A stretch of 64,000 nucleotides of DNA from Octopus vulgaris. Its lineage: Eukaryota. The notes beneath the pieces were generated by a model. The model searched no databases and was not told where the DNA came from. It saw nothing but the letters and a program-made list of their open reading frames with translations. The stretch lies in NCBI GenBank assembly GCA_951406725.2, contig OX597825.1:41540001-41604000 (forward strand), given 5' to 3'. Positions 13,339-23,439 of this stretch are shown in pieces (position 1 is the stretch's first letter; each line of letters begins with the position of its first letter). The translations under genes and the position numbers were made by a program.

Positions 13339-13340
<2 letters not shown>
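12930..13340 (+). mobile_element. Solo pLTR-like element carrying a hammerhead
   Basis: Preceded by a C-rich tract like a PLE 3' UTR, contains the hammerhead at 13017-13075, ends at (TA)n. Confidence 0.5.
13017..13075 (+). ncRNA. Type-I hammerhead ribozyme motif with canonical core; predicted cleavage after 13070
   Basis: gtca-CTGATGA-GTAAaaAGTGCA ttttg TGCACTaaTTAC-GAAA-TCATATGA-TA-tg(c)ac. All core positions canonical, long stem II, palindromic stem III ATCATATGAT. Confidence 0.8.
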
Positions 13341-13374
<34 letters not shown>

Positions 13375-13622
13375 AGAGAGAGAGAGAGAGAGAGAGAAAA
13401 AGAGAGAGGTTAGGAGAGGTAATGGTGTCAATGAGACCCAAAAGTGTCAGGTAATGCTGAATAAGTGCTATGGATAGACCATGGTTAAACTCCAGGTTTG
13501 GTGATTACGCGAATAAGGAGCCCAATGTAGGTCATATATCAGCATACGTATATATAAAAAATTTTTTCAGAATGAGATAAAAAAGAAAGCTGTGAAGATT
13601 TTAGAACATTTATAAATAGAAG

Positions 13623-13670
13623 GTCTTACAGCTGTTTCCAGGATATTTATTATATCCCTTCATAGGAGAC
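13623..13670 (-). ncRNA. Hammerhead-like motif, left palindrome arm
   Basis: gtct-CCTATGAA-gggata..tatcct-g-GAAA-CAGCTG-TA-agac. Confidence 0.6.
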
Positions 13671-14058
13671 AGTGTGAGAAAATGGTTAAGTAATAGTTAA
13701 TTTAGATAAGATACGAAATAGAGTGAAGTGGAGGAATGAAAATAGATGTGAGATATGCAGGCATATTGCATTTGTAGGTCCATTATTTAGGCAGAATGGT
13801 ATACATATAAGATTCCAATACCTTGTGAGTAAATTCCAATAGTATTTAAAATTGGTCATTCCAATGAATTTACAATGACCAATCTTAAATACTATTGAAT
13901 TTACTCACAAGGTATTGGAATCTTATACCATTCTGCCTAAATAATGGATCTACAAATGCAATATGCCTGCATATCTCACATCTATTTTCATTCCTCCACT
14001 TCACTCTCTATTTTGTATCTTATTTAAATTAACTATTGCTTAACCATTTTCTCACACT

Positions 14059-14103
14059 GTCTCCGATGAAGGGATATAAATATCCTGGAAACAGCTTTAA
14101 GAC
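14059..14103 (+). ncRNA. Hammerhead-like motif, right palindrome arm
   Basis: gtct-CCGATGAA-gggata taaa tatcct-g-GAAA-CAGCTT-TA-agac. Confidence 0.65.
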
Positions 14104-14168
14104 CTTCTATTTATAAATGTTCTAAAATCTTCACAGCCTTGGTTTTTTTTATCTCACTCTGAAAAAAG

Positions 14169-14200
<32 letters not shown>

Positions 14201-15057
14201 CGAAGAGGTACCCACCAAAAAACAGAAGTTTTCAAACTTATTTTATTCACTTAGTTTTACACTTTTATCGTCTACAAAGTATTCTCCATTTGAAGCAATG
14301 CATCAGTCCAGACATGTTTTCCACTGTTCGAAGCAGTCCTGGGACTCTTGTGAAGTGATGTTTTTAACACCTTCATCGTTTTTTTTCCTTCACCTCTTCC
14401 ACATCTGGAAATTCCATAGCACCAGCTACCAGCTTTCATCACCAATGATGACTTTCGAAAAAATGGTTTGGATCAACTTCCAACTCTTGTTTCAGTTCAT
14501 GATATGCATTCAGTCATGACTGCTTTTGATCTTCCATGAGCAAGTGAGGCACAAATTTTCATTTGCAATTTCTCACTCATATCAACAAATTTGTCAATTG
14601 TACAGTGATGGTCCTCCAAAATCAGTTTATTAATTTTCATGAAGTTTTCATTTGTTCAGGAGGTTGACTGTTTCCCTGAATGAGGTTGGGTCTGAAGTGA
14701 CACGTGATAATTCCTAAAGCATGAAAACCATTTGTAAACTTGTGTTTTACTCATGTCAACATTGTTGCAAACTGTTTGAAGCATGACAACTGCTTTGGCC
14801 ACCGTTTTCCCCAGCAGAAAACGGAATTTCATGGAAGCACATTGTTCCTTTGCTTGAGCCATCACAAAAATCACTGAACAGGAGAGAATCACTGCAAAAC
14901 AAAGACACAACTCGTGAAAGTACAACTTCACACAATGACACCAGTCAGCAGACTGATATCTGAGGGTCGCATCAAGTGGCTTCTAGTGGTGGAAGCCTGA
15001 ACTACAATGGGATTGTTCCACAGAGAACATTTCCAGTTATTTTTGGGTGCCTCCTCT
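14201..15057 (-). mobile_element. Internally deleted mariner transposon
   Basis: Imperfect TIRs cgaagaggtaccc../..gggtgcctcctct flanked by TA. N-terminal HTH EQCASMKFRFLLGKTVAKAVVMLQT..MSKTQVYKWFSCF..QPHSGKQSTS, plus C-terminal DVEEVKKKT. Confidence 0.9.
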
Positions 15058-16059
15058 TATACTTGCTGAATACAGCATGACCAAGGGAGTATAGGGGAAA
15101 GAGAAGAACCAAGACAATAAGTTAAGGTATGATGGTAGAAAGTCATTGGGTCAAGAGGAGGAGGAAGAGTGATGACTGGTAGTACAGAAAGGGTGAGTGT
15201 GGTTTATATTAGTTGCAACAAGTCCAATGTAGTCTTTTACAATAAGCGTTGTAACAGGCAAAGATTGTAGAGTGATGAGGGTGGTGGATGGGAGACTGAT
15301 ATGTATGAGTCCTTTACCAATTTATTATAAACTAAATGGCATGAGTGACAGATGAATTGTAGAGAGATGTACAGGTTTATTTCCACATTTTCCCACCTGT
15401 CTATTCTAAAGTAATGCAAAATGGTGATAAGCAATATAGATTTAGAGTTTGTGTATTAGACAAGAAATAAATGTAATATATTATATGAAAAAAAAGATAT
15501 ATTTTCATATGTTCAGTATGAAATATTGTCAGATTTAAATTAGATATGAATTACTCAGCAAAACATAGGTTTTGGAAATAACAACATTTATGAGACCGGA
15601 GCTTTATATCTGGATTACAATACTAGATCATTCTGAATGTCAAACAACTGGTGTAGGTAATTTCACAATTGTAAAAATGAGAATGAACATCTTTTGGAAA
15701 TAAACGGCAGATTTTTCAGTTAAGCTCCCATTTCACACTAAGACTAACTGAATGAATAGTTCTTTTATCAACAGTGATACTGTTGTAATGGACAAATGGA
15801 TGTGTAACTCACAGTGAATTGTGAAATGGTTGTAATTACTGTGAAAGCTGCAAAATTGCTTACAGCAATGATAGCTGCAAAATGGCTTGTGGCTGTGATA
15901 GCTGAAAAAGCTACAAATAGCCTGTTGCTAATGTTGTGCATTTCTTCATGCTTGTAATACTTATGAAACTTACTGGAGTTGATTTAATTAATGCAGGGAT
16001 AATGAACAATGTAAGTTAAAATTAGCTGTAGAGTCTCGTGAGTTACATGGCAACCTCAC

Positions 16060-16248
16060 TAGTGCATGCATCATGGAAAAAAGCACTCAGAGCATTCAGT
16101 AAGATGGTTAGGATAAGGAAGAGCGCCAGTCATAGAAACCATACCAAAGTAGATACAGAAGCATGATGCAGTTTTTTCGCATGTTAGGTCTTGTCAAACC
16201 ATCCATCCCATGTCAGCATGAAACATAGACATTAAAGATGATGATGAT
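16060..16248 (+). mobile_element. Old RTE LINE 3' end fragment
   Basis: Diverged copy of the family 3' end finishing in gacattaaagatgatgat. Confidence 0.65.
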
Positions 16249-16463
16249 ATTGTGGATAATAATATACGAGCAGCATAATGACTGTTGTAATGCAAGTGAT
16301 TTTACAAGTCTATTCTATGTAGCAGCTAGTAAAAACAGACTTGAATGGTGATAAATAATGTGCCCCACTGGCAACGTGATTGCCTGCAGACCAGTCTGTG
16401 GAAAAGCCAGGGAGAAGTACTAACCAGCAGAGAAGCTAGAGCTTGCTCAATAAAGCTTTTGAT

Positions 16464-16692
16464 CAGTGCTTTTCAACTGGGGTCCATATAAGATTTTGTT
16501 GTTAAAATTTATCTGCAATAAATTGCTTATACTGCTTCAATATACAAAATATTTTTTTATAATTCCATTTAATATTTAATTACAAAAATGCAGTAGGATT
16601 GTTTCCATATTCATTGAATAGCTATGGAGGTCCAGCAGATTAAAATAGGAATCAAAGGAATCCATTGGTAAAAGAATGGTTGAGAAGCAGTG
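16464..16692. mobile_element. hAT (Charlie-like) MITE
   Basis: TIRs CAGTGCTTTTCAAC / GTTGAGAAGCAGTG; right flank ctctagag resembles the NTCTAGAN target. Confidence 0.7.
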
Positions 16693-16957
16693 CTCTAGAG
16701 TGAACTTGTCTGTTGAAAATCATGTGAGTAAATTGACTAAGAAGAGCCCATAATCTCTTGGTTAGTTCATTTCTTCTATAGACTTCATTTTTTGATAGTG
16801 GTATTAGCATAGAAAATGTTCAAAACAGAACATGCGTCAAATCTGGGTCACAAAATGACATCTTGATAATACTTTTGAGATGTTTGAGTGTACCCAAAAT
16901 ATCTCAGAAATAATATATTTTATCTTAATTTTTTTTTGCATATTTATTTTTACATCA

Positions 16958-18805
16958 TGTACATTATTTACATTCGATGGATATTTGTCCTCATCTTGTT
17001 TGTTGTTAACATAACATTTCAGTTGATATACCCTCCAACCTTCATCAGGTCTTGGGAAATTTCGAACCTGGGTTCTCATTCCTAAGGTATTTTTCAACGT
17101 TGCTATTGTTGTTGTTGTTATTATTATTCAGGTCACTGCCTGAAATTGAACTCAGAATCTTGGGGTTAGTAGCCCGTGCTCTTAACCCATGCCATATACC
17201 CATGGGCAATTATCGAGTGAATTCTAGGGATTATAAATCTAATATTCACCTGTCCTTCCTTAATGCCGGTTCCCATATGCTGTTCATATCGGCACTCAGT
17301 CTGCTTAGGAGGTTGTTGTGTCCTAGCATATGTGCTGCTTCTTTTAGTTATGTATTTTCCTGTGGTGTTCTCTGTCTATTATTGTAACTTCATCCCACAG
17401 GGAGAGGTGGTCTCCATTTTTCCATACATGATCAGCTATACCCGATTTATCAATGTCTCCCCATATCACAACTTTGTGATGTTCATCTACCATTATTTTG
17501 AGGGGGCAGCATGTTTCGCTTTTGTATAACCTACCACAGTTTCATGGGATGGAGTACACACAGTTCTTAGTCATATTCTCTTCTATTGGTGGTTTTACTC
17601 AAACAAAATATTTGCAAAGCATTGTATTACTTTTGAATACTGTCTTGATGTCATGGGCTGCATATCTTTTGTATCTTTTCAGAGAGGCCTTTCACATAGG
17701 GTAGACAGATTGTGGACAGTACATCAGTTTCATCCTCCCTTTTCTTCATAATTCAAGTGAATAGTATGGTTTTGGGGTAGTTGTTGCTTAATAGATTGTT
17801 ACTGAGCTTGACCATTTCTTTGTGGTGAGTATCACGATCGCTACTTATATTCATTCTTGATGTTTTAGGCACTGAGCAATCCCACTCTTTACACTGTATG
17901 GATCGTGGGAGTTGAAGTTGAGGTATCGTCCAGTGAAGGTCGGCTTACGAACATACAGATGTCTTGAATCCATACTTGGTGCATGTTATTAATATGTCCA
18001 GGAATGTTAGCTGATTGTCTTTTCTTTTCTCCATTGTGAATTTTTGGGGATAGCTTTATTGAGTTCACATGATCTAACAGCACTTGGACATCTTCCTGGT
18101 GGGGCCAGAGTATAAAGGTGTCATCAACATATCGCAGCCATAATGTTGATTTTAGTGGTGTTGATCCTAAAGCCAAATTCTCAAAGTATTCCCTGGATAT
18201 ATTGGCTATTATTGGTGATAATGGCAAACCCTCATCTTGTCGATATATATCAGTGTCCATACGGAAGTATGTAGTTTCTACACTGAAGGTCAACATTTCC
18301 ATCAAGTTTCTTATTGGTATACTAGTGTGTTCTTTTAGATGGGTGTCTGTCACTAGTTTTTCTTGTATCACTGATAGTGCTTCACCAGTTGGGACTTTGG
18401 TGAACAGACTTATCACATCTAAGCTCACCATCTGGTTGGATTCAATGGGGGTATCCTTGATCAATTCTGTGAAGTGGGTAAAATTCTTCACGTATGATGT
18501 TGACTTTCCTGCTAATGGACTGATTATATCCACAAGGAAGTGGCTGAGTGGATGACATGCTGAACCTCTACAGCTCACTATAGGTCTTAATGGAATACCA
18601 TCTTTGTGAATCTTAGGAAGACTGTACATGTGTACTAGTTTACTGTAGTGTTGAGTCAGTTGTCTGTAATTCATTGATGTAAAGTGATCCTTGTTCTTGA
18701 TCAAGATCTGTGACATCTGCTTCTCTGTTTTCAAAGTAGGGTCTTTCTTTACTCTCCTGTATCTGCCATCACTTATAAGACTTGCCAGTTTTTCAGCATA
18801 GTCTC
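16958..18805 (-). mobile_element. 5'-truncated Penelope/Poseidon-type element: RT, GIY-YIG and pLTR
   Basis: ORF 17889-18914 contains YSLPKIHKDGIPLRPIVS, MVSLDVISLFTKVP, LSPIIANI and WLRYVDDTFILW. Downstream frameshifted NCVYSIP..CGRLYK and IADH.W GIY-YIG remnant; pLTR at ~16958-17250. Confidence 0.95.
17008..17052 (-). ncRNA. pLTR hammerhead-like motif, left arm
   Basis: ac-CTGATGAA-GGTTG gagggtatat CAACT-GAAA-tg-TT-atgt. Confidence 0.6.
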
Positions 18806-19335
18806 CACTCCAATTATAAAGTAAAAAGAAAGGATGAAACTGATAAACTGTCCACAGCCTGTTTACCCTATGTGAAAGGCCTCTCCGAAAAGATACAAAA
18901 GATATGCAGCCCATATGACATCAGGACAGTATTCAAAAGTAATACAACACTTCGCAAATATTTTGTTTGAGTAAAACCACCAATAGAAGAGAATATGACC
19001 AAGAACTGCATGTACTCCATCCCATGCAGCTGTGTTAGGTTATACAAAGTTGGAACATCGCAAAGCTGTGATATGGAGAGATACTGATGAATTGTGTATA
19101 GCTGATCATGTTTGGAAAAATGGAGACCACCTCTCCCTGTGGGATGAAGTTACAATAATAGACAGAGAACACCACAGGAAAATACGTAAACTAAAAGAAG
19201 CAGCACATATGCTAGGACACAACAACCTCCTAAGCAGATCAAGTGTGGATATGAACAGCATATGGGAACCAATATTAAGGAAGGATAGGAGAATATTAGA
19301 TATATAATCCCTAGAATTCACTCGATAATTGCCCA

Positions 19336-19408
19336 TGGGTATATGGCATGGGTTAAGAGCACGGGCTACTAACCCCAAGATTCTGAGTTCAATTTCAGGC
19401 AGTGACCT
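19336..19408 (+). promoter_or_regulatory. tRNA-like module (Pol III A/B box-like) inside PLE pLTR; mirror copy at ~17130-17202 (-)
   Basis: TGGCATGGGTTAAGAGC (A-box/D-arm-like), GGG-CTACTAA-CCC anticodon-like arm with a 7-nt CU..AA loop, GAGTTCAATTTC B-box-like. No acceptor stem. Confidence 0.65.
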
Positions 19409-19494
19409 GAATAATAATAATAATGATATTAATAATAATAATAACAACAACAATAGCGACATTAGAGAACCCAGGTTCGAAATTTCCTAAGACA

Positions 19495-19542
19495 CCTGAA
19501 CCTGATGAAGGTTGGAGGGTATATCAACTGAAATGTTGTGTT
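19495..19542 (+). ncRNA. pLTR hammerhead-like motif, right arm
   Basis: ac-CTGATGAA-GGTTG gagggtatat CAACT-GAAA-tg-TT-gtgt. Upstream gacac complements gtgt but is displaced by a short duplication. Confidence 0.65.
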
Positions 19543-20044
19543 AACAACAAACAAGATGAGGACAAATATCCATCACATGTAAATAATGCACATAATTTCT
19601 CATCTCTTAAATACAGAACTGTAATATCTATTTTTATACTTACCTTCAGCAGTGCAGTACAAATTTTTGAGATATTTGGGAAAATGATTAAACACAAATT
19701 TTGTTTGTTATTTCTTGACAAAAAAACATGGTATCCATGATATCAATACACATATACAGATATAGAATACACACGCATATAATGAATGTAATGGCATGTC
19801 AATCAACACAAACACATGTCCGCTATCTGTGACATATACACACACATAGTCTTCACACTCTTTAACAAGGAGAAAAAGCATCGACTTTTTGACATATATA
19901 GCATTTTAAGCATTTAGAAATGTCTTTAACTGAATGTGATTTTAAAAACGTAAGATGTTTGTACAGTAAGTATCTATATTTTAGCTTACAATATCTTGAA
20001 TTTTTTAAAAATGATTTTCATGTGAATGACAATATTTTGCTTAT

Positions 20045-20500
20045 CATCTGGAGTTCGTTAATTTCCATAAAATTTTTTTATTCATTTACTTTTGTTTTAA
20101 AGTGAAAGGGAAGAGAAAGTGAAAGATGTATGCATGTGTATATGAAATGGATGAGCATGTGTGAAAGAAAGAGAGAAAGAGAAAGAGGAAGAGAAAGATA
20201 GAATGAAAAAGAGAGAGAGTGAAAGGGTGTGTTGTCATATACGTACATGCATCAATACACGTGTACATCATTTTTGTATGTACGTGTGCATGTGTGTGAG
20301 AGAAAGAGAGAGAGACAGTGAGTGAACATGTGTGTTCTCATGTATGAGTAAGTGGCACTCTTGCTCTCTCTTATACACACACACACACGTCTATTTCATA
20401 TACACGTTCATATATCTCACTTTCTCCTCTCTTTCCCTTTAAAACAAAAGTAAATAGATAAAATTTTTTTACAGAAATTAATGAACAAGACCAGCTGATC
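20045..20500. repeat. MITE-like fold-back with ~100-bp imperfect terminal inverted repeats
   Basis: gttcgttaatttc..tttacttttgttttaaa..gagaaagtga..gtgtatatgaaat versus atttcatatacac..tcactttctc..tttaaaacaaaagtaaa..gaaattaatgaac. The interior is (GA)/(GT) low complexity. Confidence 0.75.
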
Positions 20501-20569
20501 TGGATGACAGTTCTGAGAGTCAGAGCAAAAAATTTTTTTGAGTGCCTTTAATGAGTCTCAACCCCAAAT

Positions 20570-20680
20570 AGTTGGCTGCTATTTCTAGCATGCCTTGCTA
20601 CCATGTAGCAGCTATTTGCGATAAAGGACCCAAAGTACTTGCTACGTGGTAGCAGAGCATGCAAGAAATAGCAGCCAACT
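20570..20680. repeat. Hairpin with 41-bp arms (37/41 match) and a 29-nt loop
   Basis: agttggctgctatttctagcatgccttgctaccatgtagca / tgctacgtggtagcagagcatgcaagaaatagcagccaact. Confidence 0.9.
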
Positions 20681-21149
20681 CTTTCCTTTTCTGGGGAAAG
20701 TAGACGCTTACGCATGACTTCAATGTCACATTCGTTGAAAGCATGTGAAATAACCTGGAAAAGAAAAAAAACCCATGAAAGAAAACTCTATTGCTGGGAA
20801 ACTCAGACTTTCCAGATGACCCAACGTGTCATGGGTAGCCTAGTTAGCAAATAATTTTATTGAAAAGAAGTTGGCATGCTTCTATTTAACAAGTTCAGGC
20901 AATTCATTTTGACCATTGCCACATTGGAGAATTGCTACTGCTGACTTTGTAATTGACAAATAGGTAAGGCATTAGCAATATTAAAATAAATATATTGCGA
21001 GATCAAAAATGAAGGTGTGAGTTCATATCATTTGTAGTTCAAAAATAAGATTTTCCATATTTGATATGATTCACTGCAAAGCATTTGACATTATTCATCA
21101 ATTGTTCAGGGAATAATATGGAAACTAAGTTGCTATATTGTGTGTATGT

Positions 21150-21245
21150 GTACATACATACATACATACATATATACATACATACATATATACATACATA
21201 CATATATACATACATACATACATACATACACACACACACATATAC
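21150..21245. repeat. (TACA)n/(CA)n microsatellite
   Basis: Directly visible. Confidence 0.9.
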
Positions 21246-21673
21246 ACAATGCTTCAACCACTACAGGCTATACAACCAAAAAGAGAGGGAAAAATAGAGG
21301 TCCATCATAGAGAACAATGCTAATGGGATCTACCCACTATACAGGAGTAAATCCTGGAACAGCGTAGAAAGAACAAAGAAGGTAGGTCAGGCCAACTCAT
21401 GGCAAAACAACAAAATATACCAGAGTGACATGTTTGTTGGAGCTACTCCTGAAGACAAACTGGCATATCTTTTTAGAAAAAACTCAAGTAAGATGCATTT
21501 ATGGATTAAAATAGTTGATTAGGAATTAAAGTAGAAGACTAGGATTTTCCATAAAATATGTTTTGTAGAACATGCCCATTTGAAGAACTCCCTTTATGGA
21601 CAGGAGATGTATAGTGTGTAGAGTGATGCCATAGATAAGCTATAAAAGTAGGAATATAATCTATAGTCTAAGG

Positions 21674-21863
21674 CAGTGGTTCCCAACTTATTCACAATAG
21701 TTCCCAACAGTGGTTCCCAAACCTTTTTATTTAAATGAGTTTTCCCATGGACCCTTTTTAATATGCTTACTCTTATGTGTGTGTGTGTGTATATATATAT
21801 ATATACCCAGTACTACCTTTGCAGACCACCAGGGGCCCACAATCCCCAGGTTGGGAACAACTG
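21674..21863. mobile_element. hAT (Charlie-like) MITE with 8-bp TSD
   Basis: TIRs CAGTGGTTCCCAAC / GTTGGGAACAACTG; flanks gtctaagg / atctaagg; the left TIR is tandemly reiterated at ~21708. Confidence 0.88.
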
Positions 21864-22139
21864 ATCTAAGGTGTAAAGAACATTGCAGAGAAAGGATGTT
21901 GACATACATTGCAGAGACAGTATGTAGCATAGATGAGCAGATAAGTGAACACTGGTGGGAACTCAAGGAGGAGAACAGCTTATAGGTGCTCTTCCACCAT
22001 GGAGGCTAGTTGACAACATGTACATTTGGATCTTATCAATATGTAGAACAGACATGACACTCAGACAGATTATGGAGGTCACACATATAATAGAAGATGG
22101 ACTAAGCCTCAACAGAAAATGTGAATGAAGCAATAACAC

Positions 22140-22460
22140 TCATCATCCCCACACCACTACACAACCTGATGATTAAAGACATGGGTACAAATATTGTAAT
22201 ATACAAACCCATAAATACGCAGACAGGATACACATGAATACAGATATAAGCACAAATGCAGACAGAGATACATACCACAGAAGGACAAAATGGAATGGGC
22301 AGGGCAAGAGAAGACATAAGAGACAGAGAGTCATTTTAGAATTTACAGAATGTGTGATGAAAGAACTTTGATGGACAAATAAACTAAAAAATAAATAAAC
22401 ACATAGTGCATGTGTTTAATTGGCAAAAAGATGACCATCTCCAATTTTAACAATATATAT
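22140..22460 (+). mobile_element. Older copy of the pLTR family at 9320-9625
   Basis: Shared collinear motifs catcccc.cac, acagaa..acaaaatgg, gtgtga.gaaagaact and tagtgcat.tgttt.attggc..atgaccat..taacaatatatat. Confidence 0.6.
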
Positions 22461-23087
22461 ATGATGAAAGCAATTTATTAGCGATATATGGGATTTAAAA
22501 ATTTACTGTAAAAATAAGAAGTTGAATGTTCACCACATGATTAACAGCTTAAATTATACTTATGTCATTGCATTCTATTCTCATCTATTTTTAGAAGGGT
22601 GAATGGCTATGTGGAGGGTCACTTGATGACTGTGAAATATAATAATCTGCTCAATATTATAAGTAAATGCAGTATTACCGCTTTAGTTTGTTCATGTGAT
22701 ATACTCATGTGATATACTCCTTAAATTTGGAGCTAGACATGTTAAGATACACATGCAGTAATTCAAGAACCAATGTTACTTTGTTCAAAAGAAACCCCAG
22801 ATTTTCTTTTGTTTGTGTGTTACTTTTGTTAAAGTGAAATCTTCCTATTTTGTTTTTTGTTAATGGTCATTTATTATTTGTTTTTATAAATTATTTATAT
22901 CAGAGTCCTTATGGACCAATCAGTGGATCATTACATTTCTTACAGCATGAGTGAAAAAGGAGTGGGGAAACTGATACATAAGATTTTGTTCCATTCACAA
23001 AACAACATTATTTCTTTTATTGTTCTGCCCTAAATTTATTTCCAACACTAAAATAAATTAGCAAATATTGTACATTAATACATATGA

Positions 23088-23247
23088 CAGGCATACTCAC
23101 AGTTTCCAGCCATCAATTTTTCTCTTACTAAGTTATTGATTAGGACTAGGTTTTGGTTGAAGACATATATCAAATATTCTGTGGAAAAGGATCACAACTA
23201 AAACTACATGATTGCAAAATGAACTACTTTATGGTATAGCCATGCCT
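23088..23247 (-). mobile_element. Old tRNA-headed SINE
   Basis: Diverged reverse complement of the SINE head at 28106-28260. Confidence 0.55.
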
Positions 23248-23314
23248 ATTTTTATTACTGAAATATGATTTAATATGGTGCTTAAACTTTCACACACTTG
23301 CTTATATGTCTATG

Positions 23315-23425
23315 TCGTCATCATCATCATTATTGTTTAACATCTATGTTCCATGCTGGCTTAAGTTGTATGATTTGACAAGTTCCAATGGGTCCAAGAA
23401 CTGTATCATGCTCCAGTGTCTGCCT
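23315..23425 (-). mobile_element. RTE LINE 3' end fragment
   Basis: (CAT)n-gtttaacatc..ttccatgctggc. Confidence 0.65.
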
Positions 23426-23439
23426 AAACAATATATAAA

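Larger units (their letters stand above)
13550..14178. repeat. Fold-back palindrome of a hammerhead-containing pLTR (arms ~310 bp, 13-nt spacer at 13861-13873)
   Basis: ...attggtcatt ccaatgaatttac aatgaccaat...; arms align as reverse complements out to TA-repeat flanks. Confidence 0.92.
18805..19620 (+). mobile_element. Inverted 3' copy of the same Penelope element (GIY-YIG plus pLTR)
   Basis: Reverse complement of ~16958-17762; reads CLPYVKGLSEKIQKIC and IADHVWKNGDHLSLWDEVTIIDRE..KIRKLKEA. Confidence 0.95.

Noticed and set aside
17889-18914. 341-aa ORF as an intact gene
   Set aside because: Truncated PLE RT whose N-terminus is antisense sequence from the inverted arm and whose C-terminus is frameshifted.
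19336-19408. Functional tRNA gene with ACT anticodon
   Set aside because: No acceptor stem, weak D and T arms, and embedded in a PLE; kept only as a tRNA-like module.
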